IMG/VR virus record: IMGVR_UViG_2609460125_000009
Direction: 5' to 3' (one strand)
DNA length: 64,000 bases
DNA from: a virus
Taxonomy: Duplodnaviria; Heunggongvirae; Uroviricota; Caudoviricetes
The notes under the pieces were generated by a model. The model worked only from the letters and a program-made list of their open reading frames with translations. It did no database searches and had not been told where the DNA came from. The position numbers and the translations under genes were made by a program. Shown here piece by piece: positions 1-10,976 of the stretch. The stretch's first letter is position 1. Each line of letters begins with the position of its first letter.

Positions 1-1
1 T

Positions 2-301
2 ATCGAACAGAAAACTCTCGAAACTCGTCAGGTTGTCGAGTTTGAATTGTCCAGTGTGTTCGATTTGATGGGGGTGCAACTGCCGTATCGTCAGATCATT
101 AAAAACACCTGCCCGTGGAAATACCGAGGGCCAGAATGCGGCTATACCGGTCCATATTTCGACAAAAATAACCAGCAGACGTCTATGTCTGGTGCGGATT
201 ACTGCACAAAACGTTATGACGCCTGTAATGCGCGTCGGAATTATTTTGCCGACGGTGTGATCCATTTTGGCGGATTTATTGGAGCTACGCGGTATGGGTA
301 A
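2..301 (+). CDS. minor tail protein L-like, C-terminal part (5' end lies outside the window)
   Basis: Frame is open from the window edge to TAA at 299-301. Cys-rich C-terminus (TCPWKYRGPECGY...C...C) is typical of lambda gpL-like tail-tip proteins, and it is followed by K-, I- and J-like genes. Confidence 0.7.
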   Translation: MEQKTLETRQVVEFELSSVFDLMGVQLPYRQIIKNTCPWKYRGPECGYTGPYFDKNNQQTSMSGADYCTKRYDACNARRNYFADGVIHFGGFIGATRYG

Positions 302-1091
302 TAAAGCAATCCCTGAGCTTGGCTCTGACGTTATGCAGCAAATCTATCTCTGCGCCATAAATCGCTACCCTAATGAAGCGTGTGGCTTTCTGGTTAGAAC
401 TAATGGCGACAAATATCGCTTTATGGAAGCGCGGAATGTTTCGGAGAACCCGCAGAACACTTTTGTAATGCACGTTGACGACATTATGGCGGCAGAGGAT
501 GCGGGTGATGTTATCGCAATCTGGCATTCACATACTGATGAATCAGCAGAAGCATCTGATGCCGATCGTGCAGGCTGCGAAGCGACGGAAGTTCCGTGGA
601 TGATTCTGGCTATTCGCAAGAATGTTGAGGGAGATGCCCCTTTCCATTTTAGCGAGATGAATGTGATCACACCTGATGGTTTCGAAATGCCATACCTGGG
701 CAGACCGTATGTATTTGGCGTATTCGATTGCTGGATGTTGTGTCGGGACTATTTGAAGCGTGAGTTTAACGTCGAACTAAACCCGAACGCACACCTGCAT
801 ATTCCATCGTGGTACACCGGCGATAACGACATTCTCGATCAGAACTACCGTAACGAGGGATTGGTGCGTCTTGCGCCCGGAACAGAGCCTCAACGTGGGG
901 ACATCTTCTTTATCCAATACGGGAAAATGCCTGACCACTGCGCGGTTTATATCGGCGATGGAATGATTCTTCATCACCAGATCGACCGCCTAAGTTGTCG
1001 TGCTTATTACGGCGGGATGTATCAGAAACATACGACGCATCACTTGCGTCACAGAGACTTGCTCAAGGGAGATGAGACGTGTCTGAGTTAG
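294..1091 (+). CDS. tail assembly protein K-like (MPN/JAMM metalloprotease domain plus NlpC/P60 domain)
   Basis: ATG at 294 overlaps the stop of the upstream gene (ATGGGTAA). N-terminal HSHTD metal-binding motif; C-terminal Cys/His region (DCW...HCAVYIG...H) consistent with NlpC/P60; position between L-like and I-like genes. Confidence 0.8.
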   Translation: MGNKAIPELGSDVMQQIYLCAINRYPNEACGFLVRTNGDKYRFMEARNVSENPQNTFVMHVDDIMAAEDAGDVIAIWHSHTDESAEASDADRAGCEATEVPWMILAIRKNVEGDAPFHFSEMNVITPDGFEMPYLGRPYVFGVFDCWMLCRDYLKREFNVELNPNAHLHIPSWYTGDNDILDQNYRNEGLVRLAPGTEPQRGDIFFIQYGKMPDHCAVYIGDGMILHHQIDRLSCRAYYGGMYQKHTTHHLRHRDLLKGDETCLS

Positions 1092-1669
1092 TTCATGTGC
1101 AGCTTGGCGGCCCTATGGCCAAACATTTTGGCCGCCACTGGCATCTAAAGGTGCGTAATACAAAACAGGCTCTGGATTTAATTGAGGCCAACAAGCCTGG
1201 GTTTAAAGCATGGATGAAGCGCAATATCAAAACCTATGACAGATACCACATCCAGATCACCAATAAACAGGGCCACAAGTGGTCTGTGGACGAGAGTGAA
1301 TATCAGATGATGGGGCAGTCTGACAATATTGCAAAAATCCGCATTACCCCTGTTCCGCGAGGAAGTGGTGGATCTGCTTTTGGATGGTTTCAGACGGTTG
1401 TTGGAGCAGTATTAATGGTTGCCTCGATATGGGTGCCCGCTCTTGCGCCTCTCGGTTTGTCACTGATGATGGGCGGTATAGCACAAATCATATCTCCGCA
1501 AGCCACTAACGAAAGTGTGAGGCAGGCGGATAACTCGAACTCTTATTACTTTGATGGACCTCAAAACACAACAAACCAGGGGAACCCTGTACAGCTTATC
1601 TATGGCGAGGAAATTTTAGTTGGCTCACAGGTCGTGAGTTCTTCTATCACCATCGACCAGCTTATGTAA
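1079..1669 (+). CDS. tail assembly protein I-like
   Basis: GTG start overlapping the end of the K-like gene; about 196 aa with a hydrophobic C-terminal half; synteny K-I-J as in lambda. Confidence 0.6.
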   Translation: MSELVHVQLGGPMAKHFGRHWHLKVRNTKQALDLIEANKPGFKAWMKRNIKTYDRYHIQITNKQGHKWSVDESEYQMMGQSDNIAKIRITPVPRGSGGSAFGWFQTVVGAVLMVASIWVPALAPLGLSLMMGGIAQIISPQATNESVRQADNSNSYYFDGPQNTTNQGNPVQLIYGEEILVGSQVVSSSITIDQLM

Positions 1670-1680
1670 TCAAGGATTTT

Positions 1681-4600
1681 TTGGACATGGAACAGTTCAA
1701 GAAGAAAAAATTACCGCTTCTTATTGCCGGTGCTGGTGGCAAGAAAAGTAAAAGCTCCAGCCGTACCCCGGTTGAAGCTGATGATACTGTCAATTCTCGT
1801 GCTATGGCAGCCATCCTCGACCTTCTTGGCGAGGGGGTTATCGGTGGCCTGGTAAATGGCGCAAAGTCGATCTTCATCGACGATTTACCGATCTTGAATG
1901 AAGATGGCTCTTCCAACTTCAGCGGTATTACATGGGATTTTCGTGACGGCTCACAAGATCAGACGCCAATGGCTGGTTTTGATTTTGTCGAAACGCCTAA
2001 GTCCGTAAATATTCAGCTTAAAAAAACACACGACGTTACGGTTTCAATCGATAACGATGAAGCTGATCGCGTTCGTGTCATCATGAAATTCCCCTCTTTA
2101 CGTAGCGTTGATAAAAGCTCTGGCGATACAAATGGCACTACGGTGAAGTACAAATTCCAGATCGCCAACGCAGACGCAACATTTTCTGATGTAGTGGCAG
2201 AAGGTGAGAAAAGCGTTGATATCACGCTAACGGCAAAGAAAACCGGCGTGTATTACCGTAGCTATGAGCTGAAACTGCCTAAGCCTGGTCGTGCATACAA
2301 GGTTAGGGTGATTCGTCTTACAGATGATAATAGTAGCCAGTACCTCTACAACGACACATGGGTTGATTCCATCGGTGAGATTGTCGACACGCCAATGAAC
2401 TACCCTAACTCTGCTCTTGTTGGCTTGAAGGTCAATTCAGAGCAGTTTGGTAGCACAATGCCTTCCCGTTCGTATTTGGTGCGCGGTATCAAAATCCGAG
2501 TACCGTCAAACTACAACGAATACACCAATACTTATGTCGGCGTATGGGACGGTACTTTTAAGCTGTTGTCTTCTTCAAACCCTGCGTGGATTCTCTACGA
2601 TTTGCTTACCAATACTCGGTATGGTCTTGGGCAATTTGTGTCGGAATCCATGATTGACCTCGGCCAGCTCTACCAGATTGGTCGATATTGTGACGAAGAG
2701 GTCGATGATGGCTTTGGGGGTAAAGAGAAACGCTTTGCAATCAATACGCAGATCACCAGTCGACAAGACGCATACCGATTAATTCAGGATATTGCCGGTG
2801 CATTCCGCGGCATGGTGTTTTGGGCTGGTGGCATGGTTAACATCATGCAGGATAGCCCATCAGATCCGGTAATGATGTTTACCAACTCCAACGTCAAAGA
2901 TGGACTGTTTACCTATAAAGGTTCTGCGCGTAAAGATCGCCCATCCGTTGCGCTCGTAACCTACAACAACAAGGAGGACGGTTATAAGCAAAACATCGAA
3001 TACGTTGAAGATCAGGACGCAATGCGCCGTTATGGTGAGCGTAAAACAGAAGTCGTAGCATTTGGATGTACAAGCCGAGGCCAGGCTCACCGAGTTGGTT
3101 TGTGGCTTTTGTATACCGCCAGAATGGAGTCGGATGTAATTACATTTACTGCCGGCTTAGACGCCTCATTTCTGATGCCTGGTGAAACCGTTCTGATTCA
3201 GAACAAATATCGTGCAGGTAAACGTAACTCCGGTCGAATTGTGGAGTTTACCAAAAACAGCATCACTCTCGATGCGCCTGTGTCGTTAGCTAAAAGTGGC
3301 AGCTTTATTCGGATATTGAATCAGGAAGGCAAAATCGTTGAACGCGATGTTCTTGAAACTGGCGAAAACATAACAAAGGTTACGTTTTCAAAAGCCCTGT
3401 CGTCAGCGGAAACGCCTGTTTTGAACGGTGTCTGGACAATTACAGAACCAGATCTCGAACCTATGCGCGTTCGCATCGTTAACATCGCGCAGGGGGAAAC
3501 GCCGGGTAGCTTTGACATCACCGCTGTTGAGAACAATCCGTCTAAATATGAGGCAATCGACAATGGCGCAACGCTGATCCCGCAGAATACGACGGTATTG
3601 GACCCAACTTACTCCAAGCCATCTAATCTGCAAATCACTGAAGGGACTTATCTCTCAAGCCCGGGCAACCTGTCAGTAAAACTGACTGCAACATGGGAAG
3701 GAAAATCTCCAGAGTATTGGATCAGTTGGCGACGTTCTGATGAAAACAATGTATCGAACTGGCAATCGGCGCGTGTAACCGAAGAGCAATACGAAATCGT
3801 TAATGTCGCGGAGAATGGACACTACGACTTCCAACTGTATGCGGTTTCATTCAACGGTAAAAAAACAGAGATTATCAGTACCGTTTATCAGGTGTTGGGC
3901 ACAATGACACCGCCGGATGCCCCAACGTCATTAACGGCCGTTGGAGACTATCGTAATGTGATACTGAATTGGGTTAATCCAGATTCGGTAGACCTTGATC
4001 ACATTAATGTTTACGCATCCCAGACCAACAATCTGGATACGGCGAAACTGATCGCAGAGTCTGCAAGCACCACCTTTACACATGCTGGTCTTGGGGATAG
4101 CGAAACGTGGTATTACTGGGTTCGAGCATCGAACAAGCGAGGTATGTTAAGCCCTCCGAACTCAAACTTGGGTACAGAGGCGACAACTCGCGATGTACTG
4201 TCGTTCCTGGCTGGCAAAATTACATCTTCCGAGCTTGGTCAGGCTCTGCTTGAGGACATCAACAGCAAAGCCTCTCAAGAAGCAGTTGACGAGTTAAATG
4301 AGCATATCAACCAGAGCGTCGAATCTTTGGAGGGGGCGGTAAACGACGTTAAGGAAGATATAGCTGAATTAGATAAGCAGTTCAGCGATAACCTCGCGGA
4401 TTTTGAAATAAAATTCAACGAGCGTAGCGATGCTTTGGAGAGCGCGCAAACCGAGCTTAAAGGTGAGGTTTCGGCAACGATCGACAAGGTCAATGAAGCG
4501 TTTGAAAAAATTGATGCTACTGATGCTGCAATTGTTGAAATCGAAAACACCGTATCTGAACACGATAAAGCTCTCGCTAATACAGTCGAGGCAATAAAGG

Positions 4601-6411
4601 CTGCAAGAGATGAAGCGGCGGCTCTTATTGCTAAGGAAAGCGAGGCTCGTGTTGAAGGCGATGCTGCAAACGCTAAACAACTGGAAGTGTTGCAGTCAAC
4701 GGTAGAGGAAAGCTCCGCTGCCGTTGAAGAAATGAAAAAGACGGTTGCAGAGGTCGATCGTGCCAGTGCAGAACTGACTACGAACATTGAGGCGTTAGCC
4801 AAAACAAATATTGACCTGGCTCTTCGTCAAGATGAAGACCAGCACAAGCAGATGGTCAATAACGCGAAGATCGCAACAACACAGAAAACCTTTGCTGATG
4901 ATATGTCTGCAATGGCCACGAAGGTTGAGGAAATTCGCGTAGAAATTGGCGAAGACATTAAGGCCAGTATTCTGGAAGAGTCCACCGCTCGTGCCGATGG
5001 CGATGAAGCGTTGGCAAAGCGTGTCACTCAGCTGCAATCTAAGTTTGAAGGAGATATCAGCGCGGCGATTAGTACAGAGCAGGAGGCTCGCACATCTGCC
5101 GATGAAGCTCTGACGACACAGATCACTCAGCTTGAGTCGAAAGTAAGCAACGATATCGTCGCAGCTATTAAGGAAGAGCAAGAAGCCCGAGCAACGGAAG
5201 ATTCGGCTCTGGCAAGCCAGATCACCCAACTTCAGGCAAAGGTTGATGATGATATTTCTGCTGCAATACGTAGTGAGCAGGAGGCCCGAGCAAGCGGGGA
5301 CTCTGCGTTAGCCAAACAAATAAACCAGCTTCAGTCAAAGGTTGACGGTGATATATCCGCGGCCATCACTCAGGAGCAGGAGGCCAGAGCAAGTGCTGAC
5401 CAGGCGCTCTCACGAGAAATTAACAGCCTGCGAGCACAAACCGGAACTGATATTGCCGCAGCGGTTGCTGTAGAGACAAAAGCAAGGACTGATGCCGATA
5501 GTGCATTGTCTACCCAGATTACGTCTCTTACAGCAAAAGCTAATGATCTCGAGGCGTCTCTTGCCAGAGAAACAACGGCTCGTGCAGATGGTGATACCGC
5601 TTTAACAAAAGAGGTTTCAAGTTTAAAAGCACAGACAGCGAAAGATATTAGTGCGGCCGTTGCAGTTGAAACGCAGGCTCGAACTGATGCTGACTCGGCG
5701 TTGTCGTCTCAGATCACCAAGCTGACCTCTCAATACAAAGAGGATATTAAAGCGGCTGTAGCAACCGAAACGAAAACGCGTACAGAGCAAGATGCTGCAT
5801 TGGCGACTCAAATCACAAACTTAGAGTCTCAAACGGCAGCCAACATTTCCGCGGCGGTAACAACTGAAACGACAGCGAGAACGCAGGCAGATAATGCTCT
5901 GAGTGGGCGAATCGATACTCTGAAAGCAGAGGTGGATGGAAATACCGCGACAATTCAACAGCAGGCAACAGCTATTGCTGATACCAACAAAAAAGTGTCA
6001 ACCGCGTGGACGTTGAAAATGGAAACTTCAACGAGCGGAGGGCAGAAGTATGTTGCCGGTATTGCGCTTGGTATTGACACCACTGGGCTATCTCAGTTTT
6101 TGGTTCAGGCGGACAGGTTTGGTTTGGTCAACTCTGTTAACGGGAAGATCACAACGCCATTTGTTATCGAAAACAGTATCGCCTATATGAATGGAGCGTA
6201 TATCAAGGATGGCACAATCACCAATGCAAAAGTAGGCGATCTGCAATCTACCAATTTTGTTAGCGGTAGATCTGGATGGCGGTTCGGCAAAAATGGAACG
6301 CTTGAGATCAACGGTAATAGCGGGGGTAATGGGCGACTGGTCATAAATGGTCAGCGGATTGACGTTTATGACGATAACAACGTCCTACGAGTAAGAATTG
6401 GCCTTCTGTAA
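1681..6411 (+). CDS. tail tip / central fibre protein, lambda gpJ-like host specificity protein with a long coiled-coil repeat insert
   Basis: 1576-aa ORF directly after the I-like gene; large N-terminal region, then about 1 kb of heptad-like tandem repeats, then a C-terminal distal domain. Confidence 0.85.
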   Translation: MDMEQFKKKKLPLLIAGAGGKKSKSSSRTPVEADDTVNSRAMAAILDLLGEGVIGGLVNGAKSIFIDDLPILNEDGSSNFSGITWDFRDGSQDQTPMAGFDFVETPKSVNIQLKKTHDVTVSIDNDEADRVRVIMKFPSLRSVDKSSGDTNGTTVKYKFQIANADATFSDVVAEGEKSVDITLTAKKTGVYYRSYELKLPKPGRAYKVRVIRLTDDNSSQYLYNDTWVDSIGEIVDTPMNYPNSALVGLKVNSEQFGSTMPSRSYLVRGIKIRVPSNYNEYTNTYVGVWDGTFKLLSSSNPAWILYDLLTNTRYGLGQFVSESMIDLGQLYQIGRYCDEEVDDGFGGKEKRFAINTQITSRQDAYRLIQDIAGAFRGMVFWAGGMVNIMQDSPSDPVMMFTNSNVKDGLFTYKGSARKDRPSVALVTYNNKEDGYKQNIEYVEDQDAMRRYGERKTEVVAFGCTSRGQAHRVGLWLLYTARMESDVITFTAGLDASFLMPGETVLIQNKYRAGKRNSGRIVEFTKNSITLDAPVSLAKSGSFIRILNQEGKIVERDVLETGENITKVTFSKALSSAETPVLNGVWTITEPDLEPMRVRIVNIAQGETPGSFDITAVENNPSKYEAIDNGATLIPQNTTVLDPTYSKPSNLQITEGTYLSSPGNLSVKLTATWEGKSPEYWISWRRSDENNVSNWQSARVTEEQYEIVNVAENGHYDFQLYAVSFNGKKTEIISTVYQVLGTMTPPDAPTSLTAVGDYRNVILNWVNPDSVDLDHINVYASQTNNLDTAKLIAESASTTFTHAGLGDSETWYYWVRASNKRGMLSPPNSNLGTEATTRDVLSFLAGKITSSELGQALLEDINSKASQEAVDELNEHINQSVESLEGAVNDVKEDIAELDKQFSDNLADFEIKFNERSDALESAQTELKGEVSATIDKVNEAFEKIDATDAAIVEIENTVSEHDKALANTVEAIKAARDEAAALIAKESEARVEGDAANAKQLEVLQSTVEESSAAVEEMKKTVAEVDRASAELTTNIEALAKTNIDLALRQDEDQHKQMVNNAKIATTQKTFADDMSAMATKVEEIRVEIGEDIKASILEESTARADGDEALAKRVTQLQSKFEGDISAAISTEQEARTSADEALTTQITQLESKVSNDIVAAIKEEQEARATEDSALASQITQLQAKVDDDISAAIRSEQEARASGDSALAKQINQLQSKVDGDISAAITQEQEARASADQALSREINSLRAQTGTDIAAAVAVETKARTDADSALSTQITSLTAKANDLEASLARETTARADGDTALTKEVSSLKAQTAKDISAAVAVETQARTDADSALSSQITKLTSQYKEDIKAAVATETKTRTEQDAALATQITNLESQTAANISAAVTTETTARTQADNALSGRIDTLKAEVDGNTATIQQQATAIADTNKKVSTAWTLKMETSTSGGQKYVAGIALGIDTTGLSQFLVQADRFGLVNSVNGKITTPFVIENSIAYMNGAYIKDGTITNAKVGDLQSTNFVSGRSGWRFGKNGTLEINGNSGGNGRLVINGQRIDVYDDNNVLRVRIGLL
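4981..5940 (+). repeat. in-frame tandem repeats of about 99 nt (33 aa) coding a coiled coil (EQEARxxADxALxxQIxxLxxKVxxDISAAI) inside the J-like gene
   Basis: Roughly ten recognisable repeat units are visible in the translation and in the nucleotide sequence. Confidence 0.7.
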
Positions 6412-6503
6412 TGTAGAAAAAAATATTTATATCGGTAAAAATAAGTAGGTACATACTTAGTGGTGGGCAAGGATAGCCCACCAAATCAAGGAGCATATTC
6501 AAC

Positions 6504-9500
6504 ATGTGGTACAGGGAAGGTACTATCACATTTACACAGGGCAGCAATACTCTGGTTGGGGCAGGGACAGCCTGGAACGTAACAGCTAATGGTGTGTTGC
6601 CGGGGATGATCGTCATTGGCCCCGACAATAAGCTGTATGAGATCAAGCGCGTAACCAGTGATACGAACATTGTTCTCTCAGAACCTTATACCGGCGAAAC
6701 TCAGTCTGAAGTTCCGTGCCGAATCATTACGACCTATGAAGGCGACTTAACACAGTTTAGCGCGCGCTTTACAGCACTAATGTCGCGTATGTCGGCTGAT
6801 TCCAAGTCCATGCGCAGTTGGTTGACTGCTCTGGATGAGGTGACAATCGAGCGTGAAGACGGTACAGAAGTGACCGTTAAGCCGCTAATGCAGATCGTCA
6901 ACGAGCACAACGAAAACGTTGAGTGGTATAAAAATAACACTGACGCGATTGATGCTGCTGGCGACAAAGCTCGTGAGGCGGCGGCCAGTGCTGCCGCAGC
7001 AGCAGAAAGCGCCAATATCGCTGGAGAAAAAGCCTCTCAAGCGTCTCAAAGTGCATCCGCTGCAGAGTCCTCAAAAAGCGCGGCGGCCACAAGTGCCGGT
7101 GCCGCGAAAACGTCTGAAACGAATGCTGCAGCGTCACAAAAATCTGCAGCCACTTCTGCATCCACCGCGACCACGAAGGCGTCAGAAGCTGCCACCTCAG
7201 CCCGGGATGCGGCGGCCTCAAAAGAGGCAGCGAAATCATCAGAAACGAGCGCAGCCTCGAGCGCCAGTAATGCCGCTTCCTCGGCAACGGCGGCAGGAAA
7301 TTCCGCGAAGGCGGCAAAAACGTCCGAGACGAACGCCAGGTCTTCTGAAACGGCAGCGGGACAGAGCGCCTCGGCTGCGGCAGGCTCAAAAACAGCGGCT
7401 GCGTCGTCTGCCAGTGCCGCGTCAACAAGTGCCGGGCAGGCCTCAGCCAGTGCCACCGCCGCCGGAAAATCGGCAGAAAGTGCCGCATCGTCTGCTTCAA
7501 CAGCCACAACGAAGGCTGGCGAAGCCACTGAACAGGCCAGCGCAGCAGCGAGGTCTGCTTCCGCAGCGAAGACATCCGAAACGAACGCGAAAGCGTCGGA
7601 AACCCGTGCAGAATCCTCAAAAACGGCAGCCGCATCGTCCGCCAGTTCGGCAGCGTCATCGGCATCATCTGCGTCTGCTTCAAAAGATGAGGCGACCAGA
7701 CAGGCGTCAGCAGCGAAGGGCAGCGCCACGACGGCATCCACGAAAGCAACAGAGGCGGCAGGCAGTGCGACGGCAGCATCTCAGAGCAAAACTGCTGCTG
7801 AATCCGCTGCGACCCGTGCGGAAGCTGCTGCTGATCGTGCTGAAGAGATTGCCGGTGCAGTTGCGATGGAAGACGCAAGCCTTACAACTAAAGGTGTTGT
7901 GAAACTTAGCAGTGCTGTCGACAGCACCAGTGAATCGCTGGCCGCAACGCCAAAAGCAGTTAAAGTAGTCAATGACAATGCGAACAGCAGGGTGCCATCT
8001 AACCGAAAAATTAACGGGAAAGCACTGACTGCGGATATCACATTAACGCCGAAAGATATTGGTACTTTAAATTCAATAACGATGTCTTTCTCTGGCGGGG
8101 CCGGGTGGTTCAAACTGGCTACTGTTACAATGCCACAAGCGAGTTCCATCGTTTACATCGCATTGATTGGTGGCGCTGGTTACAACGTCGGCTCCCCACA
8201 TCAGGCAGGCATTTCAGAACTGGTTCTACGAGCAGGCAATGGAAACCCCAAAGGGATTACAGGTGCTTTGTGGAAGCGTACAGCTGTCGGATTAACGAAT
8301 TTCGCCTGGATCAACACATCCGGCGATACATATGATATTTACGTTGAGATTGGCAATTATGCGACTCGTGTAAATATCCATTGGGATTGTACTGCAAATG
8401 CGACAGTTTCTATTTATACATCGCCAACATATTCAGCTAGTAAGCCTTCCAGCGTTACCGATGGTGTTGTTTATACGATGTATAGCACACATCAGAAACC
8501 GACGCCGTTAGATATTGGAGCACTGCCAACAACCGGAGGAACAGTTTCAGGTCCGTTGTCTGTTACTGGTGGGATCACCGGAACATTAAATGGTAATGCA
8601 AGTACAGCAACGAAATTGCAGACGGCAAGATCTATCGGTGGAGTTGGTTTCGACGGTTCTGCAAATATCAACCTTCCAGGTGTAAATACTACGGGTAATC
8701 AGAACACCACTGGTAATGCTGCAACTGCTACAAAACTTCAGACGGCAAGAACTATCGGCGGCGTGAGCTTTGATGGTACTGCGAATATTAATTTGCCAGG
8801 TGTTAATACGACTGGTAATCAGAATACAACGGGCAACGCGGCTACTGCTACGAAGTTGCAGACTGCGCGTACTATCAATGGGGTGTCGTTTGACGGCTCG
8901 GCAAATATTTCCTTGTCGCCAGCAAATATAGGTTGCCCGGCATCTCCTACTGGTTGGTTAACTACAGGAAGTAATGGCGGAGCAATAACAACAGCACAGT
9001 TAGTGACGTTATTGCAAAATAATGGAGCATTTAACACAAAGTCATGGATTGCTCGATGTGCTTGGGCCTATGCCAATAGTGCAACCATACCAAATAGTGA
9101 AACTGGTTGTGGCGTTATTCCATTGGCAGGAGCTGTTATAGAGGTATTTAATAACGGTAGTAGCTCAAACAATTATACGATCCGTATAACAACGGCCACA
9201 ACGACGAGTGTCTCTGGTGCTCTCACTAATGCGGAGTTTATCTATGTATTTAATGGCACAGATTATTCTCCGGGATGGCGAAGAGTATATAACACGAAAA
9301 ACAAACCAACAGCCTCTGATGTCGGTGCATTACCTCTTACCGGTGGTACATTATCTGGAGGTTTGACATCTTCTGGCGAGATCATTTCAAAATATGCAAA
9401 TGGTTTCCGCATTGCTTACGGTAGCTTTGGGTTCTTTATCCGTAATGATGGATCGAACACATATTTCATGCTAACAGCATCAGGAGACACATTAGGTTCA

Positions 9501-10661
9501 TGGAACGGTTTGCGACCAATTACAATTAATAATACCAGCGGTGCTGTATCAATTGGTAATGGACTAAATGTGACTGGTGGCGTAAATGGTAGTTTGAACG
9601 GTAATGCTTCAACAGCTACGAAGTTGCAAACAGCGAGAAACATCAATGGTGTTAAGTTTGATGGCTCAGGCGATATCAACATTAATACATTGGTATCTCG
9701 TGGCCGAGTTACGGCGTTAAGCGGCTCTACTCAAGGCACTGCTGGCATTCAAATGTACGAGGCGTACAACAATAGCTACCCGACCACGTATGGCAACGTA
9801 TTGCACATGAAAGGTGCGAGTGCTGCTGGTGAGGGCGAGTTGCTTATTGGCTGGAGTGGTACGAGCGGTGCACATGCGCCAGTTTTCATTCGCTCACGAA
9901 GAGATACCACAGATGCGGCATGGTCAGCGTGGGCGCAGGTATATACTGCTAAGGATTCAATCCCTGGTGTGAATACAACCGGTAATCAGAATACTACTGG
10001 TAATGCCGCAACAGCCACAAAATTGCAGACAGCAAGGAAAATTGCTGGTGTGGCGTTTGATGGCTCTGCCGATATTACTTTGACTGCGGCTAACCTTAAT
10101 GCTTATACGAAAACAGAGGTAACAAACCTTCTAAGTTCCTATGCAAGCAGATCATCACTGACAGGCTATAGTGGCAACCTGGATATTATTGCTGAAACAC
10201 TGGTTGTCAAATCAGGCGGTAGTGGAGGGTTTGCTATATGGGATATTGGCACAACTACTAGCGGTGCCAATATGTACATTGATCCAAACCCTGGTATCAA
10301 TACAGTTTGGCGTTCAACATCTTCAAGGCGCTATAAAAAGGATATTGAAACATTACAAGATCGATATGCTGATGAACTTTTGTCATTAAGACCTGTTTGG
10401 TATCGTTCAATTTGTCGAGGTGACCGAAAGGATTGGGGGTATTACGGCCTTATTGCTGAAGAGGTTGGTGAGATTGCCCCGCAATATGTCCATTGGCGTG
10501 AACCAACAAATAATGATTCTCCAGAAGATATTTCCTCAAATGGTATGGTCGCTGAAGGGGTGATGTATGAGCGTTTGGTTGTACCACTCATTCATCATAT
10601 TCAGCAATTGACCAAAAGGGTTGAGGAGCTTGAAACGAAGTTAAATTCACCTAAAGAATAA
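6504..10661 (+). CDS. side tail fibre protein with Ala/Ser-rich stalk, fibre repeats and C-terminal S74-type intramolecular chaperone domain
   Basis: 1385-aa ORF with RBS AAGGAG upstream; repeated GNASTATKLQTAR units (lambda Stf-like fibre repeat); C-terminal SSRRYKKDIETL...LRPVWYRS...GLIAEEV region resembles the self-cleaving chaperone of endosialidase-type fibres. Confidence 0.85.
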   Translation: MWYREGTITFTQGSNTLVGAGTAWNVTANGVLPGMIVIGPDNKLYEIKRVTSDTNIVLSEPYTGETQSEVPCRIITTYEGDLTQFSARFTALMSRMSADSKSMRSWLTALDEVTIEREDGTEVTVKPLMQIVNEHNENVEWYKNNTDAIDAAGDKAREAAASAAAAAESANIAGEKASQASQSASAAESSKSAAATSAGAAKTSETNAAASQKSAATSASTATTKASEAATSARDAAASKEAAKSSETSAASSASNAASSATAAGNSAKAAKTSETNARSSETAAGQSASAAAGSKTAAASSASAASTSAGQASASATAAGKSAESAASSASTATTKAGEATEQASAAARSASAAKTSETNAKASETRAESSKTAAASSASSAASSASSASASKDEATRQASAAKGSATTASTKATEAAGSATAASQSKTAAESAATRAEAAADRAEEIAGAVAMEDASLTTKGVVKLSSAVDSTSESLAATPKAVKVVNDNANSRVPSNRKINGKALTADITLTPKDIGTLNSITMSFSGGAGWFKLATVTMPQASSIVYIALIGGAGYNVGSPHQAGISELVLRAGNGNPKGITGALWKRTAVGLTNFAWINTSGDTYDIYVEIGNYATRVNIHWDCTANATVSIYTSPTYSASKPSSVTDGVVYTMYSTHQKPTPLDIGALPTTGGTVSGPLSVTGGITGTLNGNASTATKLQTARSIGGVGFDGSANINLPGVNTTGNQNTTGNAATATKLQTARTIGGVSFDGTANINLPGVNTTGNQNTTGNAATATKLQTARTINGVSFDGSANISLSPANIGCPASPTGWLTTGSNGGAITTAQLVTLLQNNGAFNTKSWIARCAWAYANSATIPNSETGCGVIPLAGAVIEVFNNGSSSNNYTIRITTATTTSVSGALTNAEFIYVFNGTDYSPGWRRVYNTKNKPTASDVGALPLTGGTLSGGLTSSGEIISKYANGFRIAYGSFGFFIRNDGSNTYFMLTASGDTLGSWNGLRPITINNTSGAVSIGNGLNVTGGVNGSLNGNASTATKLQTARNINGVKFDGSGDININTLVSRGRVTALSGSTQGTAGIQMYEAYNNSYPTTYGNVLHMKGASAAGEGELLIGWSGTSGAHAPVFIRSRRDTTDAAWSAWAQVYTAKDSIPGVNTTGNQNTTGNAATATKLQTARKIAGVAFDGSADITLTAANLNAYTKTEVTNLLSSYASRSSLTGYSGNLDIIAETLVVKSGGSGGFAIWDIGTTTSGANMYIDPNPGINTVWRSTSSRRYKKDIETLQDRYADELLSLRPVWYRSICRGDRKDWGYYGLIAEEVGEIAPQYVHWREPTNNDSPEDISSNGMVAEGVMYERLVVPLIHHIQQLTKRVEELETKLNSPKE
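6950..7830 (+). repeat. low-complexity Ala/Ser/Thr-rich coding region of the tail fibre gene
   Basis: Compositionally biased GC-rich stretch that creates long spurious ORFs in all other frames. Confidence 0.7.
8590..8925 (+). repeat. tandem 120-nt (40-aa) fibre repeats (PGVNTTGNQNTTGNAATATKLQTAR...)
   Basis: Near-identical units begin near 8677 and 8797; a further diverged copy lies near 9961-10080. Confidence 0.7.
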
Positions 10662-10721
10662 ACAACTTCAATCGGGGCTGGAACTAAACCAGCCCCTGCT
10701 TAAAAGTATAAGGATATATTT

Positions 10722-10976
10722 ATGAGCTATGGTGCACAGGTATGGTCGCCATCAAGACAGGAGATGGTCGATGCGTTGGCCCCTGTTTATTACCTCGATT
10801 ATTTTACTCCCTCTGGTTCTGGAAGTAGAACATATGAGGTTGAGGCGGGATTGGGAATCGACTATTACATAATGGACGTAACCAATGGGAAATACACAAG
10901 TCTTACGGTTTCTGGAAATACCATTTCATGGTCTGGAGCTAGTGGCAATTTAAACATATTGGTTTTTCAAAAATAA
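10722..10976 (+). CDS. hypothetical protein (tail-fibre-associated position)
   Basis: 84-aa ORF directly downstream of the fibre gene; stop overlaps the next start. Confidence 0.4.
   Translation: MSYGAQVWSPSRQEMVDALAPVYYLDYFTPSGSGSRTYEVEAGLGIDYYIMDVTNGKYTSLTVSGNTISWSGASGNLNILVFQK

Noticed and set aside
4275-5229. Minus-strand ORFs of 175 and 144 aa inside the J-like gene
   Set aside because: They lie entirely within the coiled-coil repeat region of a well-supported 1576-aa + strand gene and are Ser/Ala-rich low-complexity antisense artefacts.
6898-7902. Three long ORFs (326, 327 and 231 aa) on both strands inside the tail fibre gene
   Set aside because: They overlap the Ala/Ser-rich low-complexity stretch of the 1385-aa fibre ORF and translate to Arg/Pro/Gln-rich or Ala/Asp-rich nonsense typical of alternative frames of biased sequence.
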